This document shows, in pieces, positions 43,618 through 53,432 of a DNA stretch of 64,000 bases. Numbering within the stretch: position 1 is the first letter of the stretch; every line of letters starts with the position of its first letter. Both the position numbers and the translations under genes were made by a program. Below the pieces are notes generated by a model, which saw only the letters and a program-made list of their open reading frames with translations, searched no databases and was not told the DNA's origin. Source of the stretch: Chthonomonadales bacterium (lineage in GTDB: Bacteria > Armatimonadota > Chthonomonadetes > Chthonomonadales > CAJBBX01); contig DATIKM010000012.1 of the NCBI GenBank assembly GCA_035477595.1, positions 9,131-73,130 on the forward strand, read 5' to 3'.

Positions 43618-46600
43618 GTGACCGTCTGGATGCGAGCCGCCACCCTGGTGGCAGTGCCGGTAATGGTCGGGTGCTGCGACGGAGTCGCCCTGGCGCGGCC
43701 GCACCCCATCACGGTCCGCTGGGAGGACGCGACGCAGCGCGACGTCTTCTGGGTGGAGGGCGCCCACTACCGGTGCCGGGTGGCTACGCAACCGGCCCGC
43801 ATCCTCTCCGTCGAGGTGGACGGTCGCCCTGTGCCCGCGCTTGCGGGGGCCAGCCTCGTGTTCGTCGACGCAACCGGTGGCCGCTGGCGGCCTGCGCCTC
43901 CGGATGTGACGCCGGAGTGGCTCACGTATCAGTTCCAGAGCTACCAGCCGGCGAGGGATAGCCGCGCCCGGATGAACGTGTGGACCGCGGGCCCGTACTA
44001 CTGGGATGCCCACCTGATGGACATCCCGCTGATGCGCGAGGAGGACGTCGCGGCCGCCCGCCGCGTCGCGAGTGCGCCGCCTGCCGTGACGTGGTCGTTC
44101 CGCGGATCGGCGGCCGGCTGGGAGGCGCTTCAGAGCGCGCGGCTGGAGCCCTCGCCCGAGTCGCTGAGGGTTGCGATCACAGGCGCCGACCCGTTCGTGA
44201 CGTCGCCGCCAACGTCGGTGCAGGGGCCGGTGGATGTGGTGCTGCGCGTCCGCACGCGCAACGGCGGAGGCGCCGCCCTCTACTGGCACACCACGGGCGA
44301 GCCGGGGTTTCACGGCGGCAAGGTGGCCCCCTTCGCGATCCCGAGCGACGGCGAGTGGCACGACGTCCGTGTGCGCCTGCCGGAGCGCGGGGTTCTGAGT
44401 CGCCTGCGTTTCGACCCGCCGGGCGAGACGGGCCAGGTTGAGATCGCGGAGGTCCGGCTACATCCCGTGACCGGCGGCTCGCCGGCGCCTGCCCGCGGTG
44501 AGCTGGTGTTCCACGCCCACCGCGACCACCTGCGCATCGAGGCGCGCGTGGATCCGCGCGAGGGCGCGCCCGCTATGCGCACCGTCGCGATCGAGGGGCC
44601 GGGTCTGAGCGGCGCGCGCGCGGAGAGGATCGGCACGCGCACCGTGGTCCGCTCCGATGGCGCGGGCCTGCTCCTGCCGCAGGGCGCGTCCGTGGCGCCG
44701 GACGGCTCGCTGTACTCGCCCGCCGAGGGCGTACGACCTGGCGCCGTGTGGGTCTTGCGCCCTCTGCCCGCCGACCAGCAGGCGCGCGGCGCGTTTGCTG
44801 CGGACCTCGAACCGCTCGCACCGGGCGCCGTGACCGTGCGGGGCGGCCACTGGCTCGGGTTCGACTACGCCTCCGGGCTCTACCTGATGCGCACCACGGG
44901 AGAGCTCTCGGCGTTCGCGTTCGAGCCGGCGTTCAAGAACCCGACGCGCCGACTGGAGACGCCGATCGAGCTGAGGGGCGACGCGCGCCCGCGGACGCTG
45001 CTTGTGCGGTGCGAGACCGGCGTCGGGAACCTGCAGGCGGCCGTGCTGGCCACGCCCGGGGGCTTCCCGCTGCCGGTGCCGATCCAGGTCGGCAAGAACT
45101 TTGCGGGGGAACGCGAGGAGCCGGACGACTCCGGGTTCGGCCACAGCACGTTCCCCGTCGATCTGCCATCCGGCGCAACGCGCCAGCTCCTCCTGATCCA
45201 CCTCACCCAGAACTGGGGCATCCACCCCCTTAAGCAGGTCTCGTCGATTCGGTTCTTTCACATCTACTGGCACCTCTCGACAGGCGGTACCGAGACCACC
45301 TGCTTCACGATGAACTGGATGCGCACCGGCGGCGGCTCGGTGTACCACATCCCGGACTTCCGCCCGTTCAGCGGGCTGATGTGGGTCGAGCAGCCGCAGC
45401 GCGGCATCGGGCAGTTCCCGGGCTTCCTGCAGTACGGGGACGTCATGCTCCTCTATGAGCGGACCGAGTTCGAGTCCGTCAGCCCGTGCCTCACGCGCTT
45501 CACGATGCACTTCCGCACGTCGGACAACGCGGCGACCGCGCGCGTGAGCGTGATGGAGGCGCCCCAGCGCGACGAGATGCGCACCTTCCTGCGCCTGCGC
45601 TACGACTGGACGCAGCCGGTCCAGATCCCGGGTGATGCGCGGCTGACGTTCCGCTGGCTGAACATGAACGAGCGCTGGCCCACGCTGCTGCTGCTGTGGA
45701 CGGGCCCGGACGGCGCGCTCCGGCAGGCGCCCATCCGGACGGACGGAGCGCCGATGCTCACCGGCGAACCGCTGCCGGCGGCCTACCCCCTGGTAGGCAC
45801 CCACGGACGCATCGGCCTCCCCGGCGCGAACGACGAGGCTTACCACTCGCTGGCGCTCATCCGGTCCTTCCGGGCCCGGCTCGGAGGCAGGGAGGTGACG
45901 CGGCCCGCTGCCTCCGCCGTCTTCGCGCAGAGAGAGGGCGACTACTGGCTCACCACGGAGGAGCGCGACCTGCGGCTCCAGCCCGGCGACTACCTCGAGG
46001 CCGAGGTAATGCTCATGCCGCACGGAGAGCCGGCGCCGCCCAATCTGAAGCCGGACCGCGAGCGCCGGAGGTTCGGGGCGGCCGGACCGCGCATCCAGGC
46101 CAGCATCGGACGCGTGGAGTCGACCTTCCCGGCCACCGTCAGGCTGGACGGAGGGATCGCGCAGGTCGTCATGGAGGGCGGCATGGACCTGATGCCGCTG
46201 GTGGTCACCGGCGCGCGCGCCGACCGCGTGCCGCTCGTGTGGCGCGACGGCGTGTGGCAGGACCACCAGGCGCACGGGGGCGATGGCTACCAGGCTGAAC
46301 CGGACGGCGATGGCGGAACCCGGTGGGTGGTGCTCGTGCCCACGCGGGACGGACAGAAGCACAACCTGCTGGTGACATCGGTGGGCGCCACCGGCGGTAT
46401 AGCGAGCATCCGCGACGAGAATGGGCGGCCGGTCATCGTGGCGCAGCGGCCGGGGCGGTTCGAGCTACAGGCGCCGGTGCTCTTCGGGCCCGGCCGCAAC
46501 CGCATCGTCGCCGGACGGCCCGCGGTCTCCTTCGATGGCGCCGGCCGGGTGATGCGCGCCGTGCCGATCAGCGCAGAGGTGCAGAGCGGGACGGCGACCG

Positions 46601-46806
46601 TCGAGGTGCTCCGCTTCGGCACCGAGGGCGCCCAGGCGCGCGTCGCTGGCGGTCCGGTGCGCCTGACTTTCGCCGACCTCGCGCACGGGGCGGCCTACCG
46701 GGTCCGGGTGAACGGGCACGTCCGCACCGAGCGCGCGACCGATGGGCGCATCGTCGTCGACGTTCCGGCGAACGGCGGCAGCGTGCAGGTGACGCCCGTC
46801 CGGTGA
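43618..46806 (+). CDS. Large hypothetical lipoprotein/secreted protein (about 1060 aa), family not recognised
   Basis: GGAGGAG lies 10 nt upstream of the GTG at 43618. The signal peptide has a lipobox-like PVMVG-C. GC3 is uniformly high. Alternative starts are the ATG at 43630 and the TTG at 43534, which overlaps the esterase stop. Confidence 0.65.
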   Translation: MTVWMRAATLVAVPVMVGCCDGVALARPHPITVRWEDATQRDVFWVEGAHYRCRVATQPARILSVEVDGRPVPALAGASLVFVDATGGRWRPAPPDVTPEWLTYQFQSYQPARDSRARMNVWTAGPYYWDAHLMDIPLMREEDVAAARRVASAPPAVTWSFRGSAAGWEALQSARLEPSPESLRVAITGADPFVTSPPTSVQGPVDVVLRVRTRNGGGAALYWHTTGEPGFHGGKVAPFAIPSDGEWHDVRVRLPERGVLSRLRFDPPGETGQVEIAEVRLHPVTGGSPAPARGELVFHAHRDHLRIEARVDPREGAPAMRTVAIEGPGLSGARAERIGTRTVVRSDGAGLLLPQGASVAPDGSLYSPAEGVRPGAVWVLRPLPADQQARGAFAADLEPLAPGAVTVRGGHWLGFDYASGLYLMRTTGELSAFAFEPAFKNPTRRLETPIELRGDARPRTLLVRCETGVGNLQAAVLATPGGFPLPVPIQVGKNFAGEREEPDDSGFGHSTFPVDLPSGATRQLLLIHLTQNWGIHPLKQVSSIRFFHIYWHLSTGGTETTCFTMNWMRTGGGSVYHIPDFRPFSGLMWVEQPQRGIGQFPGFLQYGDVMLLYERTEFESVSPCLTRFTMHFRTSDNAATARVSVMEAPQRDEMRTFLRLRYDWTQPVQIPGDARLTFRWLNMNERWPTLLLLWTGPDGALRQAPIRTDGAPMLTGEPLPAAYPLVGTHGRIGLPGANDEAYHSLALIRSFRARLGGREVTRPAASAVFAQREGDYWLTTEERDLRLQPGDYLEAEVMLMPHGEPAPPNLKPDRERRRFGAAGPRIQASIGRVESTFPATVRLDGGIAQVVMEGGMDLMPLVVTGARADRVPLVWRDGVWQDHQAHGGDGYQAEPDGDGGTRWVVLVPTRDGQKHNLLVTSVGATGGIASIRDENGRPVIVAQRPGRFELQAPVLFGPGRNRIVAGRPAVSFDGAGRVMRAVPISAEVQSGTATVEVLRFGTEGAQARVAGGPVRLTFADLAHGAAYRVRVNGHVRTERATDGRIVVDVPANGGSVQVTPVR

Positions 46807-47107
46807 GCCGGACGACCGCGCTTCGACGCGGAGCAGCGATCAGTCGCCGAGCTGCGTGGGTCTGGCCGGCGCGGGCGGCGGACGCCGATGGCTCAAGCCG
46901 TTCGACGAGGGCCGTTGCCGCTGCAGAAGGCGGAGGAGGCCGGCCCGCACCAGTTCGAGATCCGCGGCCAGCCCGAAGAGATGGCTTCCCCCTTGCGTCT
47001 GGGGGAGGGTTATGTACACTGTGGCTACAGGTGAACCCGCGATGGAGCCGCCTGAGCATTTACCTCGCTGCTATTCACACGGACCGACTGATGAGCGGAG
47101 GTCGCGC

Positions 47108-48469
47108 ATGAATGACATGAAGGACACCACCACTCGACTGACGTCACGACGAGACTTCATCAAGCAGACCGGTACGCTTGCGGCGGCTTCGGCCTTGGCG
47201 GGCGTATCTCTGCCGCATGTTCATGCCGCTCAGGACAACACCATCCGACTGGCGATCATTGGCTGCGGCGGACGCGGCACCGGCGCGGTGGCCAACGCCT
47301 TCCATGCTCCGGGTGGCCCCGTCAGACTCGTTGCGATGGCCGATCTCTTCGACCACCGGCTCGCCAGTTCTCATGCGGCCCTGACCAGTGAGTACGGCGA
47401 CAAGATGGACGTGCCACCGGACCGGCGGTTCCTCGGGTTCGATGCCTACCGCAAGGCGATTGACTGCTTGCGTCCGGGTGACGTTGCGCTCTGCACCACC
47501 CACGCTGCCTTTCGGCCCCGACACGTCGAGTACGCTGTGGAAAAGGGCGTGCATGTCTTCATGGAGAAGACATTCGCGCCGGATCCGCACGGCGTGAAGC
47601 GCATCCTGCGGGCGGGCGAAGCGGCAGCGCAGAAGAACCTCAAGATCGCCGCCGGCGTCATGTGCCGCCACTCTTCGGCGCGACAAGCGCTGATCGAGAG
47701 AATCCGCGAAGGCGCGATGGGCGACATCCAGTTCATGCGGGCCTATCGCATGGACGACGGTTACCGGATGGGACCGTTTGGGCGCAACGAGAACGAACTG
47801 CTCTGGCAGATCGCCCGGTCCCATCAGTTCTTCTGGGCCTCCTCGGGCATCTTCATCGAGTTGATGATTCATCAGATCGACGAGTGTTGCTGGATCAAGG
47901 GCGCCTGGCCGGTGGCGGCGCACGGGGTTGGCGGTCGCAGCCCGGACAGCACGGACGCAGCGCAGAACCTCGATACCTACTCCATCGAATACACCTTTGC
48001 TGACGGCGCAAAGGCGCTTGTCACGGGTCGCTACATCCCGAACTGCCATACGGACTTCGCGACCTTCGTCCACGGCACGAAGTGCGCCGCTCAGTTCTCC
48101 GGCCATGTGCACGCGGCCACGGTGCAGATGCACACGGACCAGCGCATTGCCGCCGACAACATCGCGTGGCGACCCGAGCCGGAACGGGTGAGCCCGTGGC
48201 AGGCGCAATGGAACGTGTTCCTGGACGCCATCCGCAGAGATCGTCCCTTCAATGAAGCCGAATTCGCTGCCCATTCGAACCTCGCCTCGATCATGGGCCG
48301 TGCCGCCGTTCACTCCGGCAGGATCATTACCTGGCAGCAAGCCATGGCTTCGAACTTCCAGTTCTACCCCGCTGTCGACAGTCTGACGGAACAGAGTCCC
48401 GCCCCGGTGCGGGCGGACGCGAATGGCAGGTACGCCGCACCCGTCCCTGGAGCGTGGACGGAGATCTGA
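47108..48469 (+). CDS. Gfo/Idh/MocA-family oxidoreductase with a twin-arginine (Tat) signal
   Basis: The Tat motif is SRRDFIKQTGTLAAASALAG. The Rossmann motif is RLAIIGCGGRGTG, and the EKP-like motif is FMEKTF. Confidence 0.85.
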   Translation: MNDMKDTTTRLTSRRDFIKQTGTLAAASALAGVSLPHVHAAQDNTIRLAIIGCGGRGTGAVANAFHAPGGPVRLVAMADLFDHRLASSHAALTSEYGDKMDVPPDRRFLGFDAYRKAIDCLRPGDVALCTTHAAFRPRHVEYAVEKGVHVFMEKTFAPDPHGVKRILRAGEAAAQKNLKIAAGVMCRHSSARQALIERIREGAMGDIQFMRAYRMDDGYRMGPFGRNENELLWQIARSHQFFWASSGIFIELMIHQIDECCWIKGAWPVAAHGVGGRSPDSTDAAQNLDTYSIEYTFADGAKALVTGRYIPNCHTDFATFVHGTKCAAQFSGHVHAATVQMHTDQRIAADNIAWRPEPERVSPWQAQWNVFLDAIRRDRPFNEAEFAAHSNLASIMGRAAVHSGRIITWQQAMASNFQFYPAVDSLTEQSPAPVRADANGRYAAPVPGAWTEI

Positions 48470-48622
48470 GCGACGGCGACGATCGTCAGCGTGCCAACAG
48501 GAGTTGCTGGGCTTTCCCAAACTGGACCCGGTTGATTGCCGGGCCGTTCGTCGCCGCGCGAGGCGCGTTGCGCGACCACTCGTCCCGGCGCAAGCCCGCC
48601 TGCAAGATCGCCAGCAGTTGAC

Positions 48623-48652
48623 GGCCACGCAGAGGGCGGCCACGCAGAGGGC
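48623..48652. repeat. Perfect tandem duplication of a 15-nt unit (GGCCACGCAGAGGGC x2)
   Basis: Read directly from the sequence, with the first copy at 48623-48637 and the second at 48638-48652. It lies in an otherwise unassigned 680-nt spacer. Confidence 0.9.
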
Positions 48653-49152
48653 GGCGCACCCGATTGCTCTCGTCGCACATCCATTCGCCCCCCGGACCAA
48701 TCCCGACTGCGAGACCGGGACTGTGATCGCGCGCGCAGGCGGGGCATCTACCGGCCCTGGCCGCATCCGCACGCCCCTCCCGCACCGACCGATGCCCGTG
48801 CGGGAGGGCGTCCTGCGCTATCCCGATCGGAGGCGCCGCCGCGGGGCGTCAGCATCTGTCCGCAGACGCTGTCACCCGTGGGACACCAGGCGCCGCCCGG
48901 GCGTCGAGATGGAGGCTGCCGTGCGGACCGACCTCGACCACCTCCAGCTCGTTGGGTCGATTCGGTCCGCACACCCATGTTCGACCGCGAGACGAGCGAC
49001 GCCGCCGGCAACCTCAGGTAGCAGGCAGGGAGGCAGAACCCGCTTAAGTGCCAGCGCGCACTAGGGCTCCGCAGAGGGAACAACACAGCAGGTCCAGGCG
49101 CGCGCGTCGCAGGGGCGACCACGGCGCGTCTGACCCCGGCGGAGCCATCAGC

Positions 49153-50433
49153 ATGGAGCAGAATCTGGCCCTCAGGCGCACACGACGCCGGCGCGGCGTC
49201 GTGCTCGTATCGACGCTGCTTATGACCGCGATCGCGGCGTCGCTGGTAGCATGCGTCGCGTCCTACGCGGTCACGCATCTGTCGCGTGCTACCGAGGAGT
49301 CGCGGTTCGAGGCCGCGCTCGCGGCCGCCGAGGCAGGGATCAACTACCAGCTTCGCGCCCTTCGCAACGGCGGCGGCGCAGGCACGGCCTCCAACCCCCT
49401 CACGGGCGCGCTCGGATCCGGTCCTTGGCGGGGGTCGTTCCGTGTGACATGCACGAGGCCTGACGGACAGCCGCTCGACGACCCATCGCAACCACCATCG
49501 CGGATCCTGATCACCGCCGTCGGGACTGTCGGCGCCATCTCACGGGCCCTGCGCGTCGAGGCGATGAAGGGGGGCGGTGCGTACGACTACGGCGTGTTCA
49601 GCAGGGTGACCGGCACCATCAACGGAAACCAGACGATCGAGGGGAGCGTCGGTACGGCCGGCACGGTTACGGTGAACGGCTCCAACACCATCACCGACCG
49701 CACCATCGGCCTTCACGGCAGTACCGCCAGCGCAACCATCAACCCTCCTGGCTCGTTCACCACGGAGCGCAGGGCCGAGATCGACTGGCCGACCGTGGCG
49801 GAGGTCGCGCAGGGCCTGGTTCCTGGCGGGCTCACCGTTCTCTCGAGCGTCAACGATAACGCGCTCGCGTCCGCCTTCGTGAACAGCGGCATCCTGAACG
49901 GATCGATCCACAACAACCGCGCGGTCCAGCCCGCCATCGTGAACCGGTCAATCAGCGCGAACGGGACGGGAACCCTCACCTTCCGTGGCAAGCCGGGCGG
50001 AGCGCATTACGTCCTGAATGCCATGACGTTCAACGGCAACTGGAACGTCGTGTTCGACAACTCGAGCGGCCCCATCAGCATCTGGTGCGTGGCGCCGGGC
50101 TCCGGCACCGCCTCCTTCACGCTGAACGGCGGCAACTCCAGCGTCCGCATGTCCGAGGACCCCAGCAAGGCGGTGCGGGTGTACGTGTCGGACCGGTGCA
50201 ACCTCACCCTGAACGGTAACGGAGTCGGGCGGTTCGGCGTCTACGCGATCAACGACAGCACGAACGGCGGGCGCGTCACGCTGAACGGCAACAACGACCT
50301 CCACGGGTCGGTGATCTGCAACACATACACCTTCAACGGGAGGAACGCCATCCGGTACACCGCCGGCTACTTCGACAGCGGCGGTGGGGACTGGTCGCTC
50401 GTCGGCGGCTGGGTGGAGGCGCATCCGCGCTAG
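49153..50433 (+). CDS. PilX-N-domain pseudopilin-like protein with a beta-helix-like Gly/Asn repeat body
   Basis: The N-terminus RRGVVLVSTLLMTAIAASLVACVASYAVTHLSRATEESRFEAALAAAEAGINYQL is the PilX_N pattern. The body contains repeated G-x-I/V-N-G-N/S segments. Confidence 0.65.
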   Translation: MEQNLALRRTRRRRGVVLVSTLLMTAIAASLVACVASYAVTHLSRATEESRFEAALAAAEAGINYQLRALRNGGGAGTASNPLTGALGSGPWRGSFRVTCTRPDGQPLDDPSQPPSRILITAVGTVGAISRALRVEAMKGGGAYDYGVFSRVTGTINGNQTIEGSVGTAGTVTVNGSNTITDRTIGLHGSTASATINPPGSFTTERRAEIDWPTVAEVAQGLVPGGLTVLSSVNDNALASAFVNSGILNGSIHNNRAVQPAIVNRSISANGTGTLTFRGKPGGAHYVLNAMTFNGNWNVVFDNSSGPISIWCVAPGSGTASFTLNGGNSSVRMSEDPSKAVRVYVSDRCNLTLNGNGVGRFGVYAINDSTNGGRVTLNGNNDLHGSVICNTYTFNGRNAIRYTAGYFDSGGGDWSLVGGWVEAHPR

Positions 50434-50653
50434 CTGCGATGCACACGCAGGTTGGGTGTTGGCGCCATCCGCCGAGCGCCCACAGGATGGGTCCGCCGGC
50501 AACACGTCGGGGACACCCACGCTCTGCCGTGCACAGGAACGCAGATCTGAGCCTCGCAAAGCAGCGTGAGACGGTCGCGCTAACCGGGTGAGGCTCTGCG
50601 CTCAAGGCGGCAGGAATCACCTTCGGCGCGGGCATGAGCACGGTCCGCCGCGC

Positions 50654-51181
50654 CTACAGGTTCGGGGCGCGTGTGTCCGTCTCGCCGATGAGGAAGATCA
50701 TCAGCCCTCCAGTGACGATGTCCAGCAGCGCGGTCAGCATGACGAGAAGGCCCCACGCTCCGGCGATGATGAACGCCATGAACCCCGTCAGGAGACTGAA
50801 GAGGCCGCTGAGAATCATCAGGAAGCTGAGTACGTTGGCCACCCCGCGCGCCACTTCGATGTGCAGCAGGAGGCCCAGCCCCACGAGCGCCGCGAGCGCC
50901 CCCACGCCCAGATCGAACGCGTTGCCCGGCGATTCGGCGCCACCTGCGCCAAGCGCCTGCGCGACCCCCAGAGCTCCCGCTCCGATCCAGTAGACGCAGA
51001 CGGCGCGATAGGCTGGCCAGACCCATCGCATGCGGGGAGACCCGGCGGGCCGCACGGGCGCTGACGCGCCGCGGCGAGGCGGGATCCGGACCGGCGGGGG
51101 CAGTCCGCGCGGTGCGCTGCACGATGGGCACTCGCCCGAAGCGGGCAGCAGGGCGCGCTGGCAACGCGGACAAACGGACAT
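50654..51181 (-). CDS. Zinc-ribbon membrane protein (175 aa)
   Basis: The N-terminus MSVCPRCQ...GECPSC forms a CxxC...CxxC ribbon. It is followed by a Pro/Arg linker and 4 TM segments. This is the only credible part of the 873-aa ORF 50654..53275. Confidence 0.6.
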   Translation of the reverse strand: MSVCPRCQRALLPASGECPSCSAPRGLPPPVRIPPRRGASAPVRPAGSPRMRWVWPAYRAVCVYWIGAGALGVAQALGAGGAESPGNAFDLGVGALAALVGLGLLLHIEVARGVANVLSFLMILSGLFSLLTGFMAFIIAGAWGLLVMLTALLDIVTGGLMIFLIGETDTRAPNL

Positions 51182-51340
51182 CGGGTCCACCTCCGCTCGC
51201 CCAACACCGGGCGTTACCCCACAGACGCGCGTGCCGCCGACCTGGTTTCGCGGGGCAGGACAACGGCGTGCGCGGGCCGAACCCAAATGGCGCATTGCGC
51301 GCATCGTGATGCCGTAGAGACCGCGTCTGGAGGCCCTGCC

Positions 51341-53389
51341 ATGCCTTCGCGACCAATCGAGCTCGAGGACCTCCTGCGCTTCCGCATCGTCGGCGACACG
51401 CGCATCGCGCCCGACGGCGCGCGCGTCGCCTTCACGGTGCGCAGCGTGGACACGCGCAAGAACCGCAGCGTCACCTCCATCTGGATGGCGCGGGTGGATG
51501 CCGCCGGATGCTCGGCCTTCACCGGGGGCGATGCCTCCGATAGCCAGCCTCGCTGGTCGCCGGACGGCGAGCGTCTTGCCTTCGTGAGCGACCGGCGCAA
51601 GCCGGGCTCCCAGCTCTACCTCATCCCGGCCGGCGGCGGCGAAGCGCAGCCCCTCACGGAGATGCCAGACGGAGCCATCGACGAGCCCGCCTGGTCGCCG
51701 GACGGCACGCGGATCGCCTTCCGCTACCGCCGCACCCCCGAGGAGCACACCGAGAAGGCGCGCAAGGCGCGTGAGGAGAGCGGCGCTAGCCAGCCCGTGC
51801 GCACACACACCAGGCTCTTCTACCGGCTCGACGGATCCGGGTACACCGACGGGTCGTGGTGGCAGGTCTGGGTCGTGGACGTCGCCACGCGCGAGGCGCG
51901 GCCCCTCACCGAGGGACCGTGGCACCACGGCGCTCCTGCCTGGTCGCCGGACGGCGAGCGCATCGCCTTCGTGGCGAACCGGCGGGAGGACGCCGATCTG
52001 GAGCTTCTCCGCGACACCATCTACACGGTTCCCGCGTCCGGTGGTGAGATGGCGCCCCTGCAGGCGCCCGAGGGACCCAAGGGATCCCTGGCGTGGTCGC
52101 CCGACGGGCGCTGGATCGCCATGATCGGGCACACGGACCCCGACGACGCGTGGGGCTGCCGCAACGACCGCGTGCTGGTGATCCCGGCGGGCGGCGCGGC
52201 AGAGGCGGTGGACGTCACCGGCGCAACCGACAAGGCCGTGGGCTACCTGACTCTGTCCGACATGCAGGACGGTGGCGGCGGCACGCCGCTGGCCTGGTCC
52301 CCCGACAGCCGTGTGCTCTACTTCGCGGTGAGCGAGCTGGGCGACACGCGCCTCTACCGGGCTGGCGCGGATGGCTCCGCTCTCGCGCCGCTCACGCCTG
52401 CCGGCAAGTCCATCGCTGCCTTCAGCGTCACGCCGGACGAGCGCGCCATCGCGGTGGCGATGGGCGACGCGACGACGCCGCACGAGGTCTGGGCAGGCTC
52501 GCTCGGGGGCGCCGAGCTGCGCTTGGAGCGCGTGAGCCGGGTGAACGACGACCTGCTCGCCGAAGCGATGCTGCAGGCGCCGGCGACCCTCCCCGTTACG
52601 AACCCCGAGGGCGGGCGGGTGCACACCTGGGAGCTGCGACCGCCGGGCTTCCGTCCGGAGGAGACCTACCCGTGCGTGCTCTACGTGCACGGCGGGCCCG
52701 CGCTCCAGTACGGCGGCGTTTCGACCCCGTTCCACGAGCTGCAGTGGCTCGCCGCCAACGGCTACGTGGTGGTCTTCGGCAACCCGCGCGGCAGCAAAGG
52801 GTATGGCGAAGCGCACACATCCTCGATCCGCGGCGACTGGGGCAGCGCGGACTGGGTGGACATCGAGGCCATCGCGGACCACGCGGCTTCCTTGCCCTAC
52901 GTGGACGCAGAGCGCATGGCCATCATGGGCGGGTCCTACGGCGGGTTCATGACCGCCTGGGCGATCGGCCACACGAACCGGTTCCGGTGCGCCATCGCGG
53001 ACCGCCTCGTCGCCAACCTGCACAGCATGTCCGGCACGTGCGACTTCCCGTGGGCGCCCGACAAGGCCTTCGGCGGCAACGCCTGGGATGATCCCTCCCG
53101 GATGTGGCGCTCCTCGCCCCTGCACTACGCCGGCGCCATCGAGACGCCGCTCCTGCTGATCCACTCGGACGGCGACCTGCGCTGCCCCGTCGGGCAGGCG
53201 GAGGAGCTCTTCGCCGCGCTGCGGTGGCAGCGCCGAACGGTGGAGCTGGCCCGCTACCCCGCGGAGACCAGCCACGGCCTCTCGCGCAACGGTCCGCCCG
53301 ACATGCGGCTCGACCGCCTGCGCCGCAACCTCGACTGGCTCGACCGCTGGCTCAAGCCCGCCGCAGAGGAGACGACCGGCACTGGGTAG
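51341..53389 (+). CDS. S9-family serine peptidase (acylaminoacyl-peptidase / prolyl oligopeptidase-like)
   Basis: The beta-propeller carries repeated WSPDG motifs. The catalytic elbow is IMGGSYGGFMT, with a distal SDGDLRCP...H. Confidence 0.9.
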   Translation: MPSRPIELEDLLRFRIVGDTRIAPDGARVAFTVRSVDTRKNRSVTSIWMARVDAAGCSAFTGGDASDSQPRWSPDGERLAFVSDRRKPGSQLYLIPAGGGEAQPLTEMPDGAIDEPAWSPDGTRIAFRYRRTPEEHTEKARKAREESGASQPVRTHTRLFYRLDGSGYTDGSWWQVWVVDVATREARPLTEGPWHHGAPAWSPDGERIAFVANRREDADLELLRDTIYTVPASGGEMAPLQAPEGPKGSLAWSPDGRWIAMIGHTDPDDAWGCRNDRVLVIPAGGAAEAVDVTGATDKAVGYLTLSDMQDGGGGTPLAWSPDSRVLYFAVSELGDTRLYRAGADGSALAPLTPAGKSIAAFSVTPDERAIAVAMGDATTPHEVWAGSLGGAELRLERVSRVNDDLLAEAMLQAPATLPVTNPEGGRVHTWELRPPGFRPEETYPCVLYVHGGPALQYGGVSTPFHELQWLAANGYVVVFGNPRGSKGYGEAHTSSIRGDWGSADWVDIEAIADHAASLPYVDAERMAIMGGSYGGFMTAWAIGHTNRFRCAIADRLVANLHSMSGTCDFPWAPDKAFGGNAWDDPSRMWRSSPLHYAGAIETPLLLIHSDGDLRCPVGQAEELFAALRWQRRTVELARYPAETSHGLSRNGPPDMRLDRLRRNLDWLDRWLKPAAEETTGTG

Positions 53390-53432
53390 CCCGACAGGCG
53401 CTCCAGCGCCATCGGCCCTGCGCTCGAGGCAG

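Noticed and set aside
48623-48652. Possible CRISPR or other repeat array
   Set aside because: There are only two directly adjacent 15-nt copies, with no spacers and no further copies noticed. This is a simple tandem duplication, not an array.
50654-53275. 873-aa minus-strand ORF
   Set aside because: Only the last 175 codons (50654..51181, the zinc-ribbon membrane protein with its own ATG) look genuine. The remaining ~700 codons are antisense to the well-supported S9 peptidase gene (51341..53389).
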